The position numbers and the translations under genes were made by a program. Shown in pieces: positions 13,569 through 24,499 of a stretch of 64,000 nucleotides of DNA; position 1 is the first letter of the stretch; each line of letters opens with the position of its first letter. The DNA is from Psammoneis japonica (taxonomy: Eukaryota): assembly GCA_008632985.1 (NCBI GenBank), contig QPGO01000029.1, positions 1 to 64,000 on the forward strand, read 5' to 3'. Under the pieces are notes generated by a model. It had not been told where the DNA came from. It saw only the letters and a program-made list of their open reading frames with translations, and ran no database searches.

Positions 13569-14210
13569 GGCAAGGGAACAATCTACTTTTTCTCTTATGT
13601 ATGAATTCCTTGCAGACCTTGTTGCTTTGACTTCTTCACAACCTCCTTGCACAAGTATTCGTTGCTTTTCCCGCGGAATTTCATCCGATTTCGAATTCAA
13701 ACTGTCACCTGCCAATATAATATATGGTATTCAAGCTTACATATGCTTTAGCAGGTTTGTATCGAAATAGAGAACTAAATTATTCTTTATTTTCATATTC
13801 ATAATGGAATAACGCTTACTGTGCGTTTGCTTCGGCTCACATTTCTGTGAAAAAAGGACGAAGAATTGTGACAGACAATCGATTCCATGGTAATCAGACA
13901 CATTGTTATTCCAAGAGTCAAGCACGCAGAGAGGTGAATGGAAGGGTAAGCCCAGTCATGCAGCAGTAGAATTCACCAGCAGCTACCATACGACTTCGTA
14001 TTGCACAAGCGTTCGTGCTCATGTCATAACAGAAATGGGTCGACTGAAAGATGTCAAGACTGCACTCAGTGATCAGGTAGATCTAACAAACTGATAATGA
14101 TTCATGGCTGGTGAATCCCGGTGGCGGAAATCTTTTGTTGTGTCTTGGATTAAAATCCGCAAAAACGCTTTCGTCGGGTATTGAGGGAAAGGAGGAATGC
14201 GATCCCTATC

Positions 14211-16327
14211 CTATGATCGAGCATTCTCCTCCACAGTTTTCTGGAGGAACTTTACAGCATCAAAGATGTTGATCCGCTTTGATGGATCATGCTCCCAGCA
14301 CTTCTCCATCAACGAGACTAGTCTTCCCTCGCCGAAGCTTCTGTTGCGGTACCTGTCGTCGACGTACGGGAGCTCGCCAGCAATCACTTTATCCTTTTGC
14401 CAATAGACAAACAGCAAATAACAACACTATTCGTTATCGCGAAGATTCAATGGATAGACACATTTCGGATGTGACTCTACAGCGTCTTACCTGTTTTACC
14501 CCATCGTCATCAATAGTATAATACACCCACAAGCCCGTTAGCAAGGCGTATATGTTGTTTCCAAAGCTGAAGACATCAATCTGCTCATCAAGATCCAGTG
14601 CTGCGAACTCTTCGGGTGCACGATACTGCAACGGGGAAAATAACAGTAAAAAGGGTGAGGCCACTAATTTCCTGGGAAAACGCGACGCTGTGCTATTTGA
14701 ACTTACTTCTCCGAATCCCTCGCCGTTGTTGTGTTTGCAGTAAGCTTGTTTCTCCTCACTCCAGTTCATGATTTCCGCACGATTAAAGTCTCCCAATTTC
14801 ACCTTACCATCTTCAGCCCGCAACCACTGACACGGTTGCACATCATCGTGTACAATGACTCCGTCCTAAAATGAGAGAGTAAGACAATGGTTAAGTAACA
14901 CAAGCGTATACAGAACTCTTGAAAGACGAATGACATCTGTGACTCCACCTTGAAACCATGTAGGTCTGCTAGTGACTCAGCCATGTCCAATGCAATCTGC
15001 AGTTTTCCTCTACTGTGTAACTATTTTTTGGGTTGACATCTTGAGAATCGTCCAATTCATCTTGCTTGGCAGTACCTTCACCAGGTACGATAAACTCTTG
15101 AACTTCGTAAAGCACTCGCTCAACCTGAACGCTTGTTGCGCAATGACCATAAATATCGACTATTCTAGGCGAAGACGTGAGCCTTTCCATCACTACTGCG
15201 TCTTTCAGGACATTGTACATAGCGCGATGGTCAAACTTGTGCTCCTTAGTACGAAGCGTTTTGAGAACGACATTATCCTTTGATCGGGTGTTCAAGCCCC
15301 AAGCATCCCTGAAATACCCATGGCTGAATCAATAGAGGACCGTTTATCAACAACTCTTGTATGCAACATACTAGAAAGGAAAAAGAAAAGTAATGCCTTA
15401 CCTGAAATAAAATGTCTGGTAATCGGTAACGTCCACATTCGTCGTGACCTCCATTTCGACGCTTCGACTTAGGTCAAACTCATGGAAGCTATTGCAATTT
15501 GGATAGTACGCGGATTTCCAGTTAGGCCGCCTGCATTCTTTCTGAACGAATTCGATTTCATCGTCGTGGAGATAATAAAAAGAAACCTTGTGCGAATCCA
15601 TTTCCTTTAGCTGCTTTCGTCGTTCCTCCTCGTAAGTGTCGTCGTCTTTTGGGTTTATTCTTCGTTTAAAGTTGGAGATGGACGCATCCGCGAGGGAATC
15701 GAACAAAAGCCCGCCGTAATCTGGATCAAAAGTAACACCATCCGTTTCGGAAACGTCCTCAGAATCAAGAATATTTGCAAGCGAAAATCTTTCATCTAGG
15801 GTAGCGAAGCGATGGGCGCCGTATATCCAACCGCCAACATCTTCGATTTGTTTATAATCGAACAGCCCAATCGTGACAGGAATTCTTTCTAAATGCCAAT
15901 CGGATCTTGGGCGTGAGATCCATTGGTTTCCATCGCTTTTCAACAACCATAGAACAGCAACAAAAAACACCACTAATAGAAACCCCAGAAATCTGTTTTC
16001 TCTCGAAAAACGTCTTGGACGTTGTGAAGACCGCTGCCACTTGTCGGTTAAAAGAGGAGCAAAGATAGGCTGTAGTACATTCTGAAAACATATCTGTACC
16101 GACCTTGTGAGACATAGACAAGGATTCAAAAAGAACTTTCCCAAGGAACACGCAGCACCATAAGTTTGGGCAGAATGATGTCGTGGGTGCTTGGCGTTGC
16201 CTCCCTCCTCATCGTCCGAGTCCGAGTAGCCTGAGCCAGACTGCACCAACAACGTGGATGAATTATCTGATAAATTAGTTGCTCTTCGACGACGTGGGCT
16301 ACCCGTTTCGGTGAAGTCAAGAGCCAT
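14211..16327 (-). CDS. Type II membrane, PKDCC/POMK-like atypical protein kinase (multi-exon)
   Basis: N-terminal TM FLGFLLVVFFVAVLWLL; YPNCNSFHE; VVLKTLR; AVVMERLTSSPRIVDIYGHC; VIVHDDVQPCQW; KLGDFNRAE; YRAPEE; DVFSFG; CWEHDPSKRI. Confidence 0.82.
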
Positions 16328-16642
16328 AGTGGAGACAATGGCATCGAAAAAAAATAAAAAGTGGATACAAGTAAACCTTTTTTAGTTTTTTAGTAATGGC
16401 GATCCGAGTGAAATCATGGATAGTCGGTTGTGCTTTTTTGCGTAATCTTCGCGCCAAACTCGCGCGGAGATTTGATCCGCCAATGGGTGATCCCGCTTGA
16501 TCCGCCATGATCCGTTCCCGCTTGTTTTCAAAGAGTTGCAGCAAATGATTACATAGTCTGTCCTCTTTGAAGTCACTTTCCGCAACATAGTCATACCAGT
16601 GTCAAACCTGCTTTTTTCAAAGATCCAATCTCAACGACAACC

Positions 16643-18498
16643 ATGGCATCTGTGCATTTAAACCAAACAGAGCTAGCCATCGTCGCAAAGGCGCACGGAA
16701 CTGACGGTGGAGGAGCATTACTGAAGGAGATTGCTGAGCTCTGCTCCAAGGTGACTACCACTGGGCGAGACAGTAGGGATGGAGAGATTGTTGGGACCAG
16801 GACGCGTGCCAATCTCTTGTAACACTCATCACTGCCATGTCCCGACAAACCGGGTTTGCCACGTCCCTGTTAGCGTACACAGATGGCGATGCTAATCGTT
16901 CTCACTTTGTCGCCGCGCTACGATATTTGATGGAAACCTTGAGGAACTGTAGTCTCTTGTGGTGGAAAAACATTATCGTTGGTTTTGCCAAATATGGATT
17001 GGATGGCAAGAACCATGACGAGAATTGTCGGCTGGCGGAATCCATCCTGGAGGAATACCTAGCAAGGAAGGCGGCTGATGACGAGATCCAGAATCGTTTG
17101 GATTCTTTTCAAGAGCTTCATGATATTGATGATCTCGCTCTCAAGATAAAGAACTTGGAAGACCTATGGACCATCCTACACTGCTGTCTGCATCTCAACT
17201 CTGCAAGCCGTTCAAGTGGCATTTGTATAGGTGGCCTAGAACTTCCCAAGAAGAGCTGGCAACCAGATCCCCGTCCTACAGAGCTTTGCCCGCCCGCAAT
17301 TGAGCGGTTCCTTTTAGAATCTCCGTGCATTGACCCTCAAGAATTTGCTTCCTGTCGTGGCGCCGAGCTTGCCTTACACTCCAATGGTGGGGTGAAAGAA
17401 GGCCGAGATGGTCGGCCCGACGTCATGGCGAACCCAACACTCATGACCCAACTCCTGTCACTGCGGCATCCAATGGCACCCGTCCTAATGAAGCACGACG
17501 GCATCAAAGAGGCCCTCCTTCGATTGTTTCTCCAGCATCGTTGCAGCTTGGACACGAACGTTGGTGTCACGTCATCCGATTGTCGTCTGTTGTCCATGTA
17601 TTGTTCTAGTGTCGACGGTGTGTTTGAGGAGGAAAAGTGGGAGCATGTCTGTATGCTTGCTAGTTCCGAACTGGTGTTGGGACCAGCATTCGACGACAGA
17701 ACTCGATTTTATCTGCGAACGCTTTTGAAAACAAATCCTACCAGCTCTGATTGCGATTTGGGTCCACGCCTTAAAGTTTCGTTCTTGCCTAACGGACAAG
17801 CAGAACCCGAGAATTTTGGTTCGCACGGTCAATGGACACGGGTGTATCAGTCAAAGATAAAAGTCTTACTGGTGGCAACTGGGCTATTTCGTCTAGAAGT
17901 ACGAGGATCGATAACACACGATGAACGAAATGGAGAGGTCAGATCGACCGACAGTCTAGCTTCTGTCTTGGATCTTTTTGCAGAAATTCCTTGGTTCGTG
18001 TCGCAGTCAGCTTCTTCCCTCCATCCAATGCCCAACGTGCGCCAACATGTAATCACTGTGCTGCTAGAAGGAATGAAACGGGATCCAGATCGATTCAAAC
18101 CCTACTGGAAGTCAGTCCTGGGCATGGGCGGCGGCCCGCCAAGTGTCTGTAAGCGTGGATTCCAGGGAAACATTTTTGATTCCAACTGTTCAAGTTGCAG
18201 AATGCCAGCTCGACTTTGTCCTTCGATCCTGCGACTCGGATCCGAAGTTAACAAATGGGCCATGGAGCCAACGGACGCTTCCTCCCGGCTCCATCGAGCC
18301 CCTGCCAAAAACCCATCAACAAGGGACTTGGTTCGAATGGTAAGTCGGTTCCAGGGAACCGTACCTGATAAGAATAATTGGGCAACGGTACCTGTTCTGC
18401 ATGAGGCAGCCAACCACTTCCTCAAATCAAAACTTGTGGTTGTCGAAGGATCTGGCCAAGTTCCTTGGCGATTCTCGACGCTTAGCGTCGACCCGTGA
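16643..18498 (+). CDS. Hypothetical protein (553-aa ORF 16837-18498, probably extended to ATG 16643 by an indel)
   Basis: Long uninterrupted ORF with gene-like composition; no motif recognised. Confidence 0.6.
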
Positions 18499-19226
18499 AC
18501 AGATGTACTTGTGTTGCACCACGTCACAGACGAGATGCATGCAAGACCATGTGAATGAATCTTTCTAGTAGCAATGCAACAGTTACATGTCATGTAAATA
18601 CAGTAGATTTGGGTGCACAGTTTCCGGAATCTAGTTGCATAGAGTGAAAACTCACTTCTTGGTGAGGCGCAGAAACATGAGTATGTTCCCAGGCAGAAAA
18701 GAATCATCGAGTGAAGTTCGCATGGAAGTGGCAGAGAATCGAGCATAAACAACTTTAGGCTATGTGCAACATTCGCTCGTTTGGTGACCCAAAGAATTCA
18801 GATGAAGGACAAATGATTGAAATTGTCCAGACCCATTGTCGTCTGAGGAAGTCTTGCGACCAGATGAAGTATCCCATACGAATGAGGATCCAGCATCAGA
18901 TGATAGCGGCAATGTTGCGACACAGACACAAGTGCGGACGTCAATGACAATGAAGATGAGCCAGGGTCCGACACAGGTGACAGGCATCTAGCGACTAAGA
19001 GAGCTGATTTTCAACATATCTTTCTCTATCAAATTTTTTGAACAGCGTTTGAACAGCAAAAACGAAGGTCGCTATCATACATGACAGACCGCCGGTATTC
19101 ATACCTCTCCGCAAAAGTGAGTTTGCTTCTCACATTTTTCATCACTACTGTTCCGCGATCGCTTCTTTCAAGGGACCCCAGATGGAGTGAGAGATTAGAA
19201 ATGATTTACACACATTTGTACTAGCT

Positions 19227-21078
19227 CTACGTTACCTCCGAACGTTGCTGGGCAAGGTCCTGTTCATCCAGCGGAAGAAAGCCGCAGATGTTTAACATCT
19301 AAAGAAAGAATTTCGAATGGAACGATACAACACTATTCAATCTTACCGCGTACTTCTTCCAGTCAGAAGTGAGAACAATAGCACTGTACAAAATAACCAG
19401 AACGAAATATCCTATTGCCATTCCAGTGTATAGTGCAAACAAATCATCTCTCCAGTAAGTTGTAAGGAGGACCACCGCAGGAACTTGGGCTGGAATCGAA
19501 AGAGTTTAGAGAATAGATGAGACGGGGCAACAGAAAGAGAATGGAAAATACGGTATAGGTAGTAGCTCACCGACCCAACTGGCAATAAATCCCATCCAAA
19601 ACACTTCCGCCGTTCGACCCATCGCGTATGGAATTCTCTCTATTGCGACGGCCAGGCACATCAAAAAGAGAGTGGCGGTAAATGGCAGTCGGCTGCTCTC
19701 GAGAAGGTCAAGAAATTCTTCATCTTGGGTAAAGATTAGACCAATCAATCGCATTCTAGTCAACACGATAATTGCAATAATGACGAGAAAGAAAAAGGCA
19801 AGGCAAATACCGACATTTCCAGCTTGACGAGCTCCAATCGCGTCTCCGTTTCCAAGGCACAGACTTACTTTGATGCCGCTTGCCGTGGCAAGAGAGCCGA
19901 CAAACACGAGCGTTATCCACATGACACGGTAGGATGTGTTGAAGATTCCTACTTCCACCTCACCGAGTCGCGCTGCGACGACACCAATCACGCCTACACG
20001 CCAATAGTCGGACGCTGATCCGAGCGCTGCAGGCACGTACAATTGCGAGAATGTCATGATGCGCTCTTTTGAAATAGCCTCCCATGACCAGCCATCCCAG
20101 CTGGGGGCGTGAAGCTTCTTCAGGTAGATAAAGACAAACCACAGGACGAAAATTTGAACATAGACCACAATAGTCGTGACGATCGGACAAGCTGTGAATC
20201 CATATCCAGACCAATTCTTGATCGGGATGCCAAGCACAAAGAACAAGCCCAGAGCCAGATTGAGAGATAGCGCAATCAAAGAAGCAATGACTTCAGGGTG
20301 CATGATTCGCTGAGCAGAAAAGTACTGAGACAACTGGCTGAAAATAACCAGACCCGGAATTGAAAAGGCGAGAACTCTTGCATCTATGTGCGGTAAAGGG
20401 CAGATGAAAACGATATCACGATCAGCTCCGAAATCGGCAAATCGCAAAATCAACGCCGTGTCATCGATGGTAATGGGGAGACTTACAGTATCCTGCGTCA
20501 CTCGAAATGTCTTCGGCTTGTCCAAAGAACATCCATATTTCTTTTGTAAACGTCCAGGATATAAAGACTGCGACTGAAAGAAGTCCGAGCACAACAAAGG
20601 AAACTTGAAGGTAGACACCCGCCAGCTTTGGATTCCCGGCACCCACAGCCTGACCCACCAAGATCCCGAGTACTCGGCCTTGTATGAGAACACCAGTGCA
20701 CATGGACCACAAATCAGAAAGGGCCGCAGCAGAGAGTGCTTCAGCGCTCACGTGTCCCAGCAGCGCCGAGTCGGTCGTTTTCATCTACAAAGAAACCAGA
20801 AGAGGAAGCGCGTGAGACTAGAACGCACAACACTACACTGACTTGATCCTTATTTCTTTGTATCTTTTGACACGTACTCCGACCCATGAAAGCCTTGTAA
20901 AAAGTATCGGTACCCCTAAATTGATTGTATCAACAACATCATGAAGAACGGAATGATGCACCTTATTCACGTTGTTTGATGCGGCTTCTCTTGTTCCCGC
21001 CAGCAGCGGAAGTCGTTCTCCTGAGCTGGTTATTCCATCCTTGTCAGCCTCAATGTCTTTTGTTTCAACGACCGTCAT
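19227..21078 (-). CDS. MATE family multidrug/toxin efflux transporter (multi-exon)
   Basis: MKTTDSALLGHVSAEALSAAALSD; GQAVGAGN; YFSAQRIMHP; IKVSLCLGNGDAIGAR; about 12 TM segments. Confidence 0.9.
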
Positions 21079-21719
21079 AGTCTATATGGATGCGTTAGAT
21101 GCCATTTGTGAAACAACACTCACACTCCAGCACCGGCAACAAGGTTGATTGATTTTATGGTGATGGGATTTGTTGACAAATTGACAACACCCATCACATC
21201 CAACATCACACCCAAGCTGGAAGCTGGGGGACGTCTTTGGAAGTGAGACTGTCGAAGAAAGTTACCGTACGTAGAATTTGTACTAAAACAGTCTGTCAAT
21301 CAGTGCGATTGGGGTATTTGGGAACGCTGGACAGATCCTACGTGTTTTCTTGTGCGTACAAATTGTACTGGAAATACCCCCAAACGCACTGGCGATCAGA
21401 CCGCCTTCGTCGATCTCACTTCCAAAGACGCCCCCCAACGTACGGTAGGGTCTATCACGTCAAAAAATTTTGATATCTCGCGTAAGTCTCGGGCGCGCGT
21501 TGGCGCGCGCTAAGCACATGATGTAAACAGCACATGTGCCTAAAGAGAAAAGCGATTATCTGTACGGTCAGGTCACACGACCACCAACGTGCTCGTGCAA
21601 CGTACGTGCAACCAACAACCAGCGACAAAAAATTGAAAATCGACAAACAACTACGGTACACAGTAACAACCCATAGAAACCTCTTACAACGATCGAAAAC
21701 AAAACAATATCTAACCAAG

Positions 21720-22802
21720 ATGGTTCAGGGAATGGCATTTCTCTCCAAAAAGCGGTTCAACCCGCAGAACCTCTACAACCAAAAGGCGGTATGGGAAGCA
21801 CGACAGGAAAAAGAACACGAGGCCAAGCGATTGCAGGAACGAGCCGAACAGTTGAAACGAGAACGAGATGACGAAGAGTTGGCTCGTGCTCGTGGTGGTG
21901 CTCGGGGAGGCAATGAGGCGGCGTTGCGTTTCATGTATGGACCACCACCGGGATTGCCGGCAGAGGAAAAAAAGAAGAGCAATTCGTCAAGCGAAATTGC
22001 TGCGGATGTTTCTGAAAAGAAAGCTGCTGAAACACATGATCGTAATGACTTGACTCGGCGTCAACCTGGCGATGATGACGCCGCCGCTGAGTTTCGTCGA
22101 ATGCTTGCAGCAGCCAGTGAGCCTGCTGAAGACGGTTCAGAAGTTGCGGATCAAGCAAACTCAGCCAATCAATCAAACAGTATCAGCGGAGCTGCTCTTG
22201 CGGGCACAACAATTGAAGCTGCAGCCAAGGGCAACGAGAGTCTTTCGGCGTTGGAAAAGGCGGTTGGGCGCAAAGATGCCAACAAGAGTCTCACATTGGA
22301 GGAACAAATTGCGAGGTTTCCTCAGCTGAAAAATGCGCCAATGGCAAGGGGTATGAATGCGACGAATGTCAATGTCAATTTCAAACCGCTAGGGACGCAG
22401 TTGCGGCACATTCGATGCATGGCTTGTGGAGTCTGGGGTCATAGTCGAGGAGATCGTGAATGTGAAAAGAGTGGATGGAATCCATTTGCTTCAACGTCAA
22501 CGGCCAAACCGGTTGCAGTCAATAACGAATTGCAGCAAGAAAGTAAAAGTGGTTTGATCCCAGATAAAAAGTCAAAGAGAGACCGGAGCCGCGACAGGGA
22601 GAATGACAGTAGCAGCACTGATAGCAGTGGCGAAGAGGCATATCGACGCCGAAGAAAGCGCGAGAAAAAGCACAAATCATCTTCTCGTCGCCGCAGACGC
22701 GAAGAAAGGCGACGACGAAGATCGCGGTCCCCTTCCGAAGAACGCAAGTCCCGAAAGAAGTCTCATAAGCGCAGAAGAAAGCATTCGTCCAGAGACGACT
22801 AG
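21720..22802 (+). CDS. CIR1: CIR1/Cwc25-like spliceosomal/corepressor protein (Cir_N domain, Zn knuckle, RS/K-rich tail)
   Basis: FLSKKRFNPQNLYNQKAVWEA; LRFMYGPPPG; FPQLKNAP; IRCMACGVWGHSRGDREC. Confidence 0.82.
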   Translation: MVQGMAFLSKKRFNPQNLYNQKAVWEARQEKEHEAKRLQERAEQLKRERDDEELARARGGARGGNEAALRFMYGPPPGLPAEEKKKSNSSSEIAADVSEKKAAETHDRNDLTRRQPGDDDAAAEFRRMLAAASEPAEDGSEVADQANSANQSNSISGAALAGTTIEAAAKGNESLSALEKAVGRKDANKSLTLEEQIARFPQLKNAPMARGMNATNVNVNFKPLGTQLRHIRCMACGVWGHSRGDRECEKSGWNPFASTSTAKPVAVNNELQQESKSGLIPDKKSKRDRSRDRENDSSSTDSSGEEAYRRRRKREKKHKSSSRRRRREERRRRRSRSPSEERKSRKKSHKRRRKHSSRDD

Positions 22803-22951
22803 AGTACCATGGAAAATACAAGTAAAATAAAGAAATACTTTGTTTTCAAATACTAGAAGTAGCAGATACCGTACAATCCCTTATGCATAGAAGCCGATCC
22901 GTGCGTTACGATACTTATGAAAAGCCCCTTTATAAACCATAGCCCCCGTTT

Positions 22952-24349
22952 TTAATCATAACTTACAAAGAATGCCCCATTGTCGCCAAAGTCAATAAAG
23001 CTAAGAAACCTGCCGGATTCCAATAACCCTTGAATGAGCTTGTCAAGATTCTCTGAAATACCGCCCCACCACTTGGCAATGACAAAGCAGGAGAGATCAG
23101 AGTTAGAACAATGAAATACATTTCGGAGATTGCAGTACAGCGACGTGAGCAAACAGACTCACCATGCGCCCGTTCTCCACCTTTACAAACCACTCCCCTT
23201 TCGGACCTAGCGTTACACAAACCAAATCAGGTCGATCTGCACGGTCTTCGAGCTTGTCCTTTAGTTCCTCTGGAACGCCCCTTCCATTGTACTCCCAAGA
23301 CCCATCATGGAACACTACGAAAAAGGAATCAAAGCTAGAACCAAACGCTATAGATCTTGGTCTTGGGTGCTGCTTTTTCACTTCGCGCTTTCCCTGTTTA
23401 AGTGGTCGTGCAGATGAGGACCCCATTGTCACTTTTCTCATACACTTGTCAAAGGCTTTCGGTCCCTTCCACTCGGCCGTGCCATCGTTGAACCCAATAT
23501 AATAGCGATCTCGGCTTCCCAACGAAACATAGCAAGGTCTGCTTTCGATTGACTGAGCACTGCCCTTGGCTTTTAATTTGCTAAAGAGAGCCTTTGGGAT
23601 ACTTGGTGTAAATGCGACACCCCCCTTTCCATACAAAAAGACCGTGCCTCGGCCATTGGTTGCCACGCACGTGACTGGCTTTTCTTGACGGTGGATGTCA
23701 GCCAAACACAGCTCGACGTGCTTCATACTCTCGGGTGGCAAGGCGAATTCAAACTCAATCCCCGACCTGTCTCCTTCTTCTTTATTGACTTGTTCATCTT
23801 TTTCTTGCAAGGCTTCCAAATGAGACTCTAGTCTCTCCTTTTCTCCCATGAGTATGCACACACCCACCTCTGCCAGTTCCATCTTGGAACGTCGTGCCCG
23901 AGTTGCCTCGTCCGTGTTTTCGGAAGAACCATCGTTTCCAGTCGCTGACAAGTACGCAGCATCTACCAGTCTATTGTCAATAGTCATGAGTCTAGGTGGA
24001 TCTTCCAATGTGTGCTGCACCACATCAAGTGATGTCACGTTCCGTCGAAATGTCTACAGAACAAACACATCACGTATTTCATCAACAAAAGAGTTGAGAC
24101 GAAACGACCGAATCGGAATACAGCAACACATAAAAAATCTTTTACCTGTCGAACAACTCCATTCAACACACGGCATGTTGCAATCGTTCCCGAGTCAATG
24201 TAGATGTTGATACGGGCGGGTTCTGCGCCATCCGTTACCAAGAACGAAAGCACCATTGGCAACTCTGCAGGAACCTCGCGACATCCTGGGACCACTTTTG
24301 CAACCTTTTTGATTGCGTCAGGATCTAACTTTATTTGCGATACAGACAT
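22952..24349 (-). CDS. Hypothetical multi-exon protein with repeated beta-strand motifs (VSLGSRDRYYIGFNDG / IAFGSSFDSFFVVFHDG / VTLGPKGEWFVK)
   Basis: ORFs 24035-24349, 23103-24038 and a final exon near 22952-23080 separated by GT..AG introns. Confidence 0.65.
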
Positions 24350-24499
24350 GGTAAGTATCTCAATGGAAAGAACTGCAAGAGCGGCGGGAAGTGAAGCGTG
24401 TCATGGCGAGGAATGGAGTGAGGGAGTTTGTTCCTTTTTTTCTTGTCTCCTTCTCGCTCAATTTTCAATGATCCTCTAAAGACATGAAGGCACTTTATT

